Source of the DNA: Scyliorhinus canicula
Taxonomy: Eukaryota
Reading direction: 5' to 3'
DNA: 64,000 bases
Assembly (NCBI RefSeq): GCF_902713615.1
Contig: NC_052149.1
Coordinates: 214,995,623 to 215,059,622 of the forward strand
Part shown: positions 1 through 11,690 of the stretch, in pieces
Layout: the number at the start of each line of letters is the position of its first letter
Numbering within the stretch: the first letter of the stretch is position 1
Notes under the pieces: model-generated
Database searches by the model: none
The model's input: only the letters and a program-made list of their open reading frames with translations
What the model was told of the DNA's origin: nothing
Translations under genes and position numbers: made by a program

Positions 1-190
1 ATTTTCTGACGTCGTTCAATCCTCACAGTTTTTTTAAAAATAGCATGAACTTGTTATTACAAGGTCTTTCGGAATCACATTTGGGATTCTGTCAACAGAA
101 TTCAGAAGAATAAACAAGCAGCGATTTCTAAATTATTGTCCTGCGTGTTCCCTAATTTAATAATCCAGCATTAAAATATTGAGAAACCAT

Positions 191-850
191 GGATGGGATT
201 CTCCTATTCGGCAGCAGAGTGTCCATGCTGTCGTGAATTACGTTTCCAATGGCGTGAACGGGCCGCTGGGAGTACTGATTCTGGCCTATACAGGGGGCCA
301 GCACGGCGCTGGAGCGGTTCACGCTGCTCCAGCCTCCCATCCCGGCGTGAACTGTGTGCCGCGGTACCCATGCATGCGCAGTGGCCGCCGGTGCCAACCC
401 GTGCACGCATGATGGCCTCCCTCAACGCGCTGGCCCTGACGCAACATGGCGCGGGAGTTCAGGGGCCGGCGCGGAAGAAAATAGGCCCGGGGAGCGAGAG
501 GCTGGCCCGCCGATCGGTGGGCGGCCAGGCCCCATTGGAGGCCCCCCCGGGGTCAGAGCCCCCCCCCCCCCCCCCCCCCCCCCCCCAAACAGGCCGCCAC
601 CCGATCCTGCGTGCAGAGTTCCTGCCGGCTGCGACCAGGTGTGGACAGCGCCGGCGGGACTCTGCCTTTTTAGAGCGGCCACTTGGCCCATCCCGGGCCG
701 AGAATTGGCGGCCCCGCCGCGTACAGCGGTCCGCGACCGACGCCGCGCCAAACGCGCTGGCGCCAATGGCACCGATTCTACGCTCTGCGGAGAATCGCGT
801 GCCGGTTGTGGGGATTCTCCGGCCCGTCCCGGGCTGGGAGAATCCCGCCC
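191..850. mobile_element. GC-rich MITE, PIF/Harbinger-like non-autonomous DNA transposon
   Basis: TIRs GGATGGGATTCTCC ... GGAGAATCCCGCCC, flanks CAT/CTT, internal poly-C tract, CpG-rich against AT-rich flanks. Confidence 0.8.
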
Positions 851-1404
851 CTTATTAAGATTTATTTTCCAAAATGTGTCAGTTATACTTCGCAGCCGAG
901 AGTCAAACACAAAAAGAGCCCGCATAATAATCAGGCATTTCTTTCTGACTGTTCGTCTATTGGTCATTTGAATTGGTTATTGCTGGGATATCGAGGCCCA
1001 AATTGGATGTAGCACAAAAACAAAGTCCATTACAAAACTGATCAACATGTTAGGAAAGACACGTATGATCTTGCACTTATAAGGGCGCACATGTGCATTT
1101 TAAAAGCACCTGCTGTGAAGCATTGCCAAAGACGTTAAAGACAAACTCTGTGGTATTCCATTGTTCACTCATTAAAAACCAAAGTGCTGATGGGAAGCTA
1201 ATGAGCAGCACTCTACACATGTGCCTCAGCAGAGTGGCATGGGTTCTGCCTCCTGAAGTACTTGATGATGTGTGGAATCTGAGGAACATTTCAGCAGGAA
1301 AAAGCAGCTGAAGGTTAACTGTACTCCTTTGTGCAAATCAGATGAGTGTTAGATCAACTGCAAACCATGGGATATGCAGATTCCATCTGTAGATTCCATA
1401 TGTA

Positions 1405-1837
1405 GATTCCATCTACACCTCCCGCTGCCGGGGGAAAGCAGGCAGCATAATCAAGGATCCCTCCCACCCGGCTTACTCACTTTTCCAACTTCTTCCATCG
1501 GGCAGGAGATTCAGAAGTCTGAGAACACGGACAAACAGACTCAAAAACAGCTTCTTCCCCACTGTCACCAGACTTACCAGACTCCTAAATGACCCTTTTA
1601 CGGACTGTCCTCATTAACACTACACCCTGTCTGCTTCATCCGATGCCAATGCTTATGTAGTTACATTGTATATCTTGTGTTGCCCTATTATGTATTCTCA
1701 TGTATTTTCTTGAATTATGTTCAATTCCCTTTTCTTCCCATGTACTGAATGATCTGTTGAGCTGCTTGCAGAAAAATACTTTTCACTGTACCTCGGTACA
1801 CGTGACAATAAACAAATCCAATCCAATCCAATCCAAT
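1405..1837 (+). mobile_element. Rex1/Babar-type LINE 3' fragment
   Basis: Encodes LPSGRRFRSLRTRTNRLKNSFFP (Rex1 ORF C-terminus); ends gtgacaataaac+(ATCCA)n; 13-bp tandem triplication at the 5' junction (~1374-1413). Confidence 0.8.
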
Positions 1838-2155
1838 GCGGTAAAATTTGGCATTCTTGAGTAGAATGCCTCTGGGTGAAAATTATCACCAATGTGGATT
1901 GACTGCATTCAGTGGGCGAACTATTAAACATATACTAGTCCCCCATAAAAATTAAAATGAGAACAGACAGGAAAAGGAAGCTTACTCCTACAGAACAAGT
2001 TTATGATCTGAGTCAGGAGGCAGCCAGGAGGAGACATAGTTTTCTTCTGCGTTTTGGCTAAATGGCTTGGATAATAGATTGAGAAGTTATCAGGTGCAAT
2101 AAGGTCTGACAAGTCAAACAAATGTAGGATAAGAATAAATTGCCTTTTACAATAC

Positions 2156-2390
2156 CTGGTCTCTAGTGGCACGTTACTGTTCAGAACCCAGCTGTCCTGC
2201 AGCTGAACAGACTCTGGTGTGGTAGGCAGCTCATTGGGTGCAGAAGAAGGGGCATGAATCTGGTTCCTTCTGTTTGTCAAAGAGTTTCTGTTGAGGGAGT
2301 TGGCAGACGAGTGGTGGTGCGAGAGCGTCTGGTTGTGGGGTGGTGGAAGAGGAGGTCGGAGAGTAGACTGGCTGTGATGATTTGGAGGGC
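2156..2390 (-). CDS. tenm2: Teneurin-2 internal coding exon (intracellular domain), 235 bp
   Basis: Translates as (G)[77 protein letters not shown](R), which I recognise as nearly identical to the vertebrate TENM2 intracellular domain. Acceptor is polypyrimidine+AG (ctcttccttctctgcag|, AG at 2391-2392) and donor is ag|gtattg (GT at 2154-2155); phase 1 in, phase 2 out. Confidence 0.96.
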
Positions 2391-5157
2391 CTGCAGAGAA
2401 GGAAGAGTGCAATTATTAACATGCTGTTATACACTCAGTTCCTTCACAAAGAAACGTTGGCAAGATGAAAGAAAGTTTTATAAATCTGTTGACACTCATT
2501 CTGATGAGGGTGAAATGCCATCTGATCACCACACGCTCCTCACATCTTTCTACTCACTGTTGACGTTATATTTACTGAAATTCTGTTCCTCTTCAATTCA
2601 GCTAAACAAACCTTTGCAGCATTGCAGTATCAGATAGGCTGTTAAAACCTTACTTGCATTCATCCATTTTTGTTTCTCACATTTAAGTACTTGCCATTCA
2701 TCTTTACTATGTTGGTTCTTTTTCCATTGCTAAGCATTTATCTTTTCATCGATGTCATAAATAACAGTCTATTTAGGAGTTTGTTTCAAGGCAGCCCCAT
2801 ATCTTGGGGTTTCAGATGACGTTGATAAACTGCTTGGGCTCCACACGTGTGGTTTGCGCCATTGTCAGGATCCCTTCACGTGTGACTGAGTTGCAACAAA
2901 TTCCTTGCGCTCTGAGCAAATGCTTGTTGCCAATGGATATTTGCAGGAGTTACAGATGAAATTCCTATTTTGTACCATGGAAATCTAAAGAGTGCTCAAA
3001 ATACGTTGTTTCAAAAGCACAGAGTGAAGCAACAATTGGATTAATAAAGAGATCTGCTTGTGCAAGCCGAGGTGGACATCAGGGTAATAAGTTGATTCTG
3101 AAGAAAATGCAACAAAGAGACAGTAGTGATCCTTTTGAATAATTTTAATTACATAGAGTGCCCCGCCCTGCTCACTCTCAATACTACTAGTACACCAAAA
3201 GACCAATACAGAATAAGCAAATACCTATTTGTCCAGATGGTATGGCCCCTGTACACTGAGGAACAAATTACTGATTTATCTCTGATCATGTTATTGCCAC
3301 TAACTTACTAAATATGGAGTATATATAATTATTAATATTAAAATTAAACTCGGCTCATCTGAATTGTTGAATGCTAATAGGCAAGTATTTGGAGATTCAA
3401 TGGGCACGTCTCTCAGTATGTGAGGTGACATTCCTTATTTCCCGTGTGTATAATATACACAATGTGAACTTTATTGTTAGGTCAATGGACTAACAGTTAT
3501 GCTTACTAATTCAATTGACTTGGAGAGGGACTGGTTTATAGTTTTTTCTTGAAATAGTCGACACTCTTACTTCTATAGGACCATTTTGCTGTAAGCAAAC
3601 ATTTGCAAGAGCCATTTGGAAGTCACAGAAAGCACTGCTAGATTCTAATATACTTCCGCCATCTGCAAATGCTGTGATAGTTTCCATGTAATAACTGCAG
3701 GGCCCAGATTGCAGAGACTTGTAATTGTCAACTAGGTACGAGACGTGCTTATAATAAATAGCAGAAGCAAAATAAAACAATGAAAATTTCCATAGGCCTC
3801 ACAATGTCTCTTCCATGCACCACTGAGTTTTGCTACCTGCGACATTTTTCAAATTGGAGAGGATTTTTTAAAAAGTGTAGCAGCTCAAAGCGGCTGTGAT
3901 AATTTGAGCCCACTTGGCCAGTGTTTTTGTCATCACGGGCACAATTTTCAGCAGGTACCAACATGCCACTTGCTGCAAATGGAATGAGATTTGCCAGTCT
4001 AGCTTACTGGTCAGGCAATATAGAGGAAGTAAGTTTCGGAGCAGAGTTGCAATTAATTCACGAATAGAAGAAGGTAGTTGGGAAAATACCGATGGAATCT
4101 CATTGCACCTCAGATTTCCAACACTATTGGTTCATCTATTTGTGAAAGGGCTTCACAGAATGTGAACAAGAAAATATGTAATGTCAAATAGCTATCAAAG
4201 AATTTAATATTTCACGATTTATATCCCACAATCACTTCCAATGGGGTGTTATTTTGTGTCGTCTGGGGCAGAGATGCAACTGATGGTTTATAAGGCCTGT
4301 GTTCTCAGCAACTGGTTGTACAGCTGTGAAACATGCATGACTTACAGCTACCAGTAAAAGAAGAGCAACCATTTCAATCGTCAATGTCTGCGGCGCAATA
4401 CTCGCATATTCTGACAGGGCCAAATCACGAACGTGGCAGGCTTTTCAAAGGCAAAGCTTCCGTGTTTGGAAGTACTCATCAAATAGAGGTGGGTGCTAAC
4501 AGATTCATAGAGACAGAGTCATATGGCACAGGAAAGGCCCTTTGGCCCATTGAGTCTGCGCCAGTCAAAAACAACTACTTAACTATTCTAATCCCATTTC
4601 CCAGCACTTGGCCCATAGCCTTGTATGCCTTAGGATTGCAACTGCACACCTAAATACTCCTTAAATGTTATGAGGGTCTCTGCCTCCACCACCTTTTCAG
4701 GCAGCGAGTTCCAAACCCCCACCACACTCTGGGTAAAACAACTTTTCCACACATCCTCTCTGAACCTACTGCCCCTTACCTTAAATCTGTGCCCTCTGGT
4801 CATTGATTCCTCCACAAGAGGAAATGTTTCTTCCTGTCAACTCAATCTATGCTCCTTATTTTATACACCTCAATCATGTCTCTCTCTCCCCCCCCCCCCC
4901 CCACTCCCCCCCACACCAGTCTCCTCTGCTCCAAGGAAAACAATCCAAGTCTATCCAATCTCTCCTCATAACAAAAACTCTCCAACTCAGGCAACATCCT
5001 GGTAAATCTCCTCTGAACTGTTTGCAGTGCTATCACATCCCTCCTACAATGTGGATTCCAGAACTATACACACTACTCTTGCTGTGGCCTAACTAACACT
5101 TTACACAGTTCCAGCATAACCTCCCTGCTCTTAAACTCTGTGCCTCAGCTAATAAAG

Positions 5158-5250
5158 TAAGAAGTCTTACAACACCAGGTTAAAGTCCAACAGGTTTGTT
5201 TCAAACACGAGCTTTCGGAGCTCAGCTCCTTCCTCAGGTGAATGGAGAGG
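5158..5250 (-). mobile_element. 93-bp Penelope-like element terminus inserted in the CR1
   Basis: Flanked by an 8-bp TSD TAATAAAG (5150-5157, 5251-5258); CR1 sequence is continuous across it; contains a minimal hammerhead motif. Confidence 0.75.
5206..5240 (-). ncRNA. Minimal type I hammerhead ribozyme motif
   Basis: CAC-CUGAGGA-A-GGAGC-UGA-GCUCC-GAAA-GC-UC-GUG: stem I CAC/GUG, core CUGAnGA, 5-bp stem II, GAAA, palindromic minimal stem III (AGCU), UH cleavage site. Confidence 0.75.
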
Positions 5251-5908
5251 TAATAAAGGCAAGGATACCATATGTCTTCTTAACCATGTATCCACCTGTT
5301 CTGCTATCTTATGGGACCAGTGTACATGCACACCAAGGTCCCTCTGACTCTTGGTGCTTTCCAGGGTCCTTGCCTTGATTGTCCTGCCCAAGTGCATCAC
5401 CTCACACTTATCCAGATTGAATTCCATTTGCTACTGATCAGCCCATCTCACCAGCCTGCCTATATCCTCCTGTAATCGAAGGCTATCCTCCTCACTATTT
5501 ACCACCTCACCAATTTTCGTATCATCTGCAAGATTATGGATCAAGCCTTCTATCTTACATTCATATCTCACTCATTTATATAAAGCACAAACAGCAAGGG
5601 CCCCAACACTGATCCCTGCGAGATCCCACTAGACACAGGCTTCCAGTCAGAAAATGCCCCGCGACCATCACCCACTTCCTGTCACTCAGCCAATTTTGGA
5701 TCCAATTTGCCAAATTTCCTTGGATCTCATGGGCTCTTACCCTCGCTATCAGTCTCCCATGTGAGACCTTATGAAAAACGTTGCTGAAGGCCAAGTAGAC
5801 TACATCAAATGCATTTCCCTCATCTGCTCACTTGGAAAAATTCAAACAAGTTGGTCAGACATGACCTCCCTTTAACAAAACCATGCTGACTGTTCTTGAT
5901 TAATCTTT

Positions 5909-6295
5909 TCTAATGGACCTCATTCTTCGTGAAGTAGCTGATGTCAGAGGACCAGATGGTCACCCAAGCTCTGCTTTAAGGATGAGCTTGTAAGCCCGAG
6001 ACATTGATTATTGCACCTGGGCAGCACTGGTTGATGACAGAGGAAAATAGCGACACCATCTGTGGGCTGACATGCACCACCTCAAAAACCAGTGATTACA
6101 GCAGCTTGCAATAGATGCCAATGCCAAAAATAGCGACGCTCACCGACACTTGGAAGCTTCATGGGCGGCATTTGCAGCAAAATCTTTCTCTCAAGGGATG
6201 GGGATGGCCTCTTCAGCCATCAGCAAAGTCGTACAACATGCAGATGGATTTATTTTGTGCAGATCCATCATATTTCATCGATGGTAAGATGCTGG
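5909..6295 (+). mobile_element. RTE-clade LINE 3' fragment
   Basis: Decayed DDRGK(W)RH and CSKIFLSR..GLFSHQQ, resembling the RTE C-terminal zinc-finger-like motif. Confidence 0.6.
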
Positions 6296-7128
6296 AATCT
6301 CATAATCAGCATTCCAGCACCGAATATGCTCGTGCCGCTGGAAGGTGATGGGTCAACACTTTACAGGGTATGATCACTTGACTGGCTTGATGGGTTTCGA
6401 AGCCAGGCACAAGCACAGGAAACGATAATAAGATAACAATTCATACACTGCATTATTTGAATGACTTTTTGTTTTGAAAAGAATAAAGATCAAGTTGATA
6501 AACCTTCAAACGGTATCACAGGAATTGGGGTTTGAATAGACAATAACACAAGGAGTGTACTCAGTATGCAGCATCAAATGACATGGAAAACAATCTCAGC
6601 TTCTTTCCTGCTCTTTCTGATGGCTCCATCTGCTTAAATGCAGCACTTGGCAACCACTCAACGTGGTCAACAGTAGATAATTCAAAAAATACACTGAAAA
6701 TGTCTTATTTGCCCTTCAACCTCCATCTCCATAAAACAAATTTTACTTAAAAGGTTATTTTTCCAGTTTAATGAACTTGAATTGCTTTTGCAGTACACTC
6801 TAAACATCACCAGCACCAAGAGGAAACAAATTCTTTTAAAATCTCATGTATTGAACAATTCGGTAGTTTTAAGCCCATGACATGCGATTTGTAAATTATT
6901 ATAGTTCGGAAATTAAGCAGCTTTAAAAAAAATACTCTAGGTCTGGTGGCTTTATGACAAGGGTTTATCACAGGCAAACTTTGCTGGACCCCCAGGAAAT
7001 AAAGAAATAACTTGCATTCATTTGGACCATACATGAATCTGCGCAAGCAATGCGTTATCTTTTAAAATATTCGTTCATGGGATATAGGCATCACTGGCTA
7101 CGTCAGCATTTATTGAGCCATCCCTAAT

Positions 7129-7460
7129 TAGAACATAGAACATAGAACATAGAACAGTACAGCACAGAACAGGCCCTTCGGCCCTCGATGTTGTGCCGAG
7201 CAATGATCACCCTACTCAAACCCACGTATCCACCCTATACCCGTAACCCAACAACCCCCCACCCCTTAACCTTACTTTTTTAGGACAATCCACCTAACCC
7301 GCACATCTTTGGACTGTGGGAGGAAACCGGAGCACCCGGAGGAAACCCACGCACACACGGGGAGGACGTGCAGACTCCGCACAGACAGTAACCCAGCCGG
7401 GAACCGAACCTGGGATCCTGGAGCTGTGAAGCATTTATGCTAACCACCATGCTACCATGC
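7129..7460 (-). mobile_element. HE1-like (V-SINE) SINE with CR1-derived 3' tail
   Basis: tRNA-like head with A/B boxes, V-domain-like core, (TTCTATG)n tail; near-identical to 48880-49228 apart from a ~23-bp deletion. Confidence 0.85.
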
Positions 7461-7736
7461 TTCCCTTGGAAAAGTGGTGGTGAGTTGCCTTCTTGAACTG
7501 CTGCAGTCCATGTGGTGTGGGAACACCCACAGTGCTGCTGGGGAGCGAGTTCCAGAATTTTGACCCAGCAACAGTGAAGGAATGGCCAATTTATTTCCAA
7601 ACCAGGGACTTGGAGCAGAACATGCAGGTGGTGGTTTTCCCATTCATCTGCTGCTCTTGTCCTTCTAGATAATAGAGTTCATGGATTTGGAAGGTGCTGT
7701 CAAAGGAGCATTGACAAACTGCTGCAACAGATATTG

Positions 7737-10487
7737 ACGTTTCGGACAGACGTTTCGGAGGGATAGACAGGTATGTAAGGGAGGTGGAGTAGCACTAATA
7801 ATCAAGGACGACATCAGGGTGGCATTGAAGGATGATATAGGGTCTATGGAGAATGAGGCTGAATCCATTTGGGTAGAAATGAGAAATTCTAAGAAGAAAA
7901 AGACACTGATAGGCGTAGTCTATAGGCCACCAAATAATAGCATCGCACTGGGACGGGCAGTAAATGAAGAGATAACTAATGCCTGTGAAAAGGGTACAGC
8001 AGTTATCATGGGAGATTTTAATCTGCATATAGATTGGTCAAATCAGCTCGGTCAGGGTAGCCTTGAAGAGGAGTTTGTTGAATATATCGGGATAGTTTTC
8101 TGGAACAATATGTAATGGAACCGACGAGAGAGCAAGCTATCCTAGATCTGGCCCTGTGTAATGAGGCAGGAATAATTAATGACCTCATCGTTAGGGATCC
8201 TCCTGGGAGGAGTCATCACAGCATGGTTGAATTTAGTATACAGATGGAGAGTGTGATGATAGAATCCAATACCAGGGTCCTATGCTTGAACAAAGGGGAC
8301 TACGATAGAATGAGGAAAGACCTCGCTAAAGTAGACTGGAAACAAATATTTTATGGTAGGACAGTTGAGGAGCATTGGAGTACTTTCAAAGAAATCTTTC
8401 ATAATGCTCAACAAAAGTATATTCCAGTGAGAAGGAAGAATTGTAAGAAAAGAGGTAATCTACCATGGGTGTCTAAGGAGATACATGAGGCTGTCAAGTT
8501 GAAAGAGAAGGCTTACAAAGTGGCCAAGATCAGCGGGAAACTAGAAGGATGGGAAAACTTTAAAGGTCAGCAGAAAGCCACGAAAAGAGCCATAAAGAAA
8601 AGTAAGATAGAACACGAAAAAAAACTGGCACAGAATATAAGGACAGATAGCAAAAGTTTTTATAATTATATAAAACTAAAAAGAGTGGCTAAAGTAAACA
8701 TTGGTCCATTAGAGGATGAGAGTGGTCATTTAGTTATGGGATATGATGAAATGGCAGAGGCATTGAACAAATATTTTGTATCGGTCTTCACAGTGGAGGA
8801 CACTAATAACATGCCAGCAATTGACCGAGAGAAGAAGGTAGGTGAGGACCTGGAAACCATTACTATCACGAAAGAGCAAGTGTTGGGCAAGCTAATGGAG
8901 CTCAGGATAGATAAGTCTCCTGGCCCTGATGGAATGCATCCCAGGGTACTGAAAGAGATGGCTGGAGTAATAGCAAATGCACTGACGGTAATTTTCCAAA
9001 ATTCGCTGAACACTGGGGCAGTCCCAGAGGATTGGAAAACAGCAAATGTGACGCCACTGTTTAAAAAGGGAAGTAGACAAAAGATGGGGAATTATAGACT
9101 GGTTAGTTTAACCTCTGTTGTGGGGAAGATGCTTGAGTCTATTATCAAGAAAGAGATAGGAGGGCACCTCGATAGAAATTGTCCCATTGAACGGACGCAG
9201 CATGGATTCATGAAGGGCAGGTCATGCTTGACGAATCTCTTGGAATTCTATGAAGACATTTCGAGCAAGGTAGACAAAGGGGACCCAGTGGATGTGGTGT
9301 ACCTAGATTTCCAAAAGGCCTTTGACAAGGTACCGCACAAGAGGCTGCTGCATAAGATAAGGATGCATGGTGTTAAGGGTAGAGTACTAGCATGGATAGA
9401 GGATTGGTTGTCTAACAGGAAACAAAGAGTGGGAATAAATGAGTGCTATTCTGGCTGCCAATCAGTGACGAGTGGTGTGCCTCAGGGATTGGTGTTGGGA
9501 CCACAATTATTTACAATTTATATAGACGATTTGGAGTTGGGAACTACGTGTAAGGTATCCAAGTTTGCAGATGACACAAAGGTGTGCGACAGAGCAAAGT
9601 GTACTGAGGACTGTAAAACCTTACAGAGGAACATTGACACATTGAGTGAGTGGGCAAAGGTCTGGCAGATGGAGTATAATGTCAATAAGTGTGAAGTCAT
9701 GCATTTTGGTAAGAGTAACAATAGAACGGATTATTACTTAAATGGTAAAAAGCTGCAGCATGCTGCTATGCAGAGGGACCTGGGTGTACTTGTGCATGAG
9801 TCACAGAAGGTAGGTGCAACAAGTAATTAGGAAGGCAAATGGAATTTTGTCCTTCATTGCGAAGGGGATTGAGTTTAAAAGTAGAGAGGTAATGTTGCAG
9901 TTGTACAAGGTGCTGGTGAAGCCACACCTGGAGTACTGTGTGCAGTTTTGGTCTTCACACTTGAGAAAGTATGTGCTAGCACTAGAGGGGGGGCAGAGGA
10001 GGTTCACTAGGTTGATACCAGAGTTGAGGGGGTTATCGTATGAGGAAAGGCTGAGTAGATTGGGATTATATTCACTGGAATTCAGAAGGTTATGGCGGGA
10101 TGTAGTAGAAACATATAACATTTTGAAGGGACTGGATAAGATAGAAGTAGAAAGGATGTTTCCACTGGTAGGTGAAAGTAGGACAAGAGGGCATAGCCTC
10201 AAGATTAGGGGGAGCAGATTTAGGACGGAATCAAGGAGGAACTTCTTCACTCAGAGGGTGGTTAAAGTATGGAATTCCCTACCGAAAGGAGTATTAGATG
10301 CTATTTCATTGAATATATTTAAAGATGGGGTAGATGTTTTTTTGAAAAATAAAGGCATTACGGGATATGGCGAGTATGCGGGTAAGTGGTACTGAGACCA
10401 CGAAAAGATCAGCCATGATCTTATAGAATGGCGGAGCAGGCTCGAAGGGCCGGACGGTCTACTTCTGCTCCTAGTTCTTATGTTCTT
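7737..10487 (+). mobile_element. 5'-truncated CR1 LINE, ORF2 (APE + RT) with two frameshifts
   Basis: ORFs 7819-8115 (GVVYRPP, MGDFN), 8115-9830 (KSPGPDG, QHGF, DFQKAFDKV, PQGLVLGP, FADD) and 9814-10395; (TTCTTATG) tail; TSD ATATTG (7731-7736, 10488-10493). Confidence 0.95.
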
Positions 10488-11329
10488 ATATTGCAGATGG
10501 TACACATTGCTGTCACTGTGTGTGGATGGTGGAAGAGTGAATCTTTAAGGTGATGGAAGTGGTGTCAACCGAACACGTAGCTTTGGTCCTAGATTGTGTT
10601 GGGATTCTTGAGTGTTGTGGGAGCTGCACTCATCCAGGCAAGTGGAGAATATTCCATCACATTCCTGACTTGTGACTTGTAGATGATGTACATGCTTTAG
10701 GGAGTCAGGAGGTGAGTTACACGCGACAGAATTCCTGGCCTCTGATTCACTCTTATAGGGATAGTTTCTAGTTAATGGTAACCCCCATGATGTTGACAGT
10801 GAGGGATTCAGTGATGGTAATGCCACTGAATGTCAACAAGAGATGGGTAGTTTCTCTCTTGTTGAAGATGGTCATTGGCTGGTACTTGTGCAGCATGAAT
10901 GTCACTTGCCAGTTGTCAGCCCAAGCCTGGATATTGTCCAGGTCTTGCTGCATATTGATATGGACTGTATCTGTATCTGAGGTATCACAATGGTGCTGAA
11001 TCATCGATGCAATCATCTGTCGACATCCCCACTTCTGACCTTATGATGGAAGCAGTTGAAAATGGTTGGGCCTAGGACATGAGCCTCAGCTCCTGCAGTG
11101 ATGTCCGATAATGATATATTTGGTCAGTGAATTAATTTTTGCAATGGATCAATGTTAGACAGGCTTCTGGATGAAGTCTCAGAATTGGGGATTGAACCTA
11201 TAAATTTCAGAGATTATAGATTAACAGCTGGATTTTCGCTAATGAGGTGGCTAGCTCGCGATGGGAAATTTCCCGACTGGGCAGATCCGGTCCCACATGA
11301 TTTTCGCTCCACGGGGGCGGATAAGTGCA

Positions 11330-11690
11330 GGATGGTTAGAAAGATTCATATACAGGTTAGGTGGGGTTACGAGGTTATGGGGATCGGGTGGGGATGGAGG
11401 CCTAGGTAGGCCTCTCTTCAGAGGGTCAGTGTAGACTCAATGGGCCAAATGGCATCATTCTGCACTGTAGTGATTCTATTGATTTAGTCCTCCAGGACTT
11501 CATTCCAGTTGTAATAAATGGAGTTAGGCCGTCTGGCCCTCACAGCACCTCATCCATTCTTTATGGCCCCCATACCTTCCATAATAACTTAATGCCAACT
11601 CAGTTACACAGACTTCATCTGGACCATACGCAGAACAATACATTTCACTGTACCTCGGTACACATGACAATAAATCAAATTCAATTCAAT
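11330..11690 (+). mobile_element. Short SINE/LINE 3' remnants (HE1-like tail ~11330-11485; Rex1-like tail ~11615-11690)
   Basis: gggccaaatggc..tgcactgtagtgattctat tail; tttcactgtacctcggtacacatgacaataaa matches 1781-1812. Confidence 0.6.

Larger units (their letters stand above)
1..2155 (-). other. tenm2: tenm2 intron downstream of the exon (partial)
   Basis: Follows the GT donor at 2154-2155; the next expected exon (HFLFKT...) was not seen in 1-2155. Confidence 0.8.
4503..5908 (-). mobile_element. Degraded CR1 LINE 3' part
   Basis: Minus-strand fragments KVSHGRLI..WIQNWL, MEFNLDKCEVMHLG, QRRFTRMLPEL, TRGHRFK..FTQSVVGVWNSLP. Confidence 0.9.
7067..11110 (-). mobile_element. CR1/L2-type LINE (family 2) 3' part, split by a SINE (7129-7460) and a CR1 (7737-10487)
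   Basis: Segments 7067-7128, 7461-7736 and 10488-11110 match the reverse complement of the 3' part of the 44115-46555 element (MQQDLDNIQAWADNWQVTF). Confidence 0.85.

Noticed and set aside
1924-2412. 162-aa ORF as a single-exon gene
   Set aside because: Only 2156-2390 is teneurin-like and bounded by splice sites; the rest is intronic read-through.
8115-9830. 571-aa ORF as a host or domesticated gene
   Set aside because: It is a CR1 ORF2 segment between two frameshifts in a 5'-truncated copy with a TSD.
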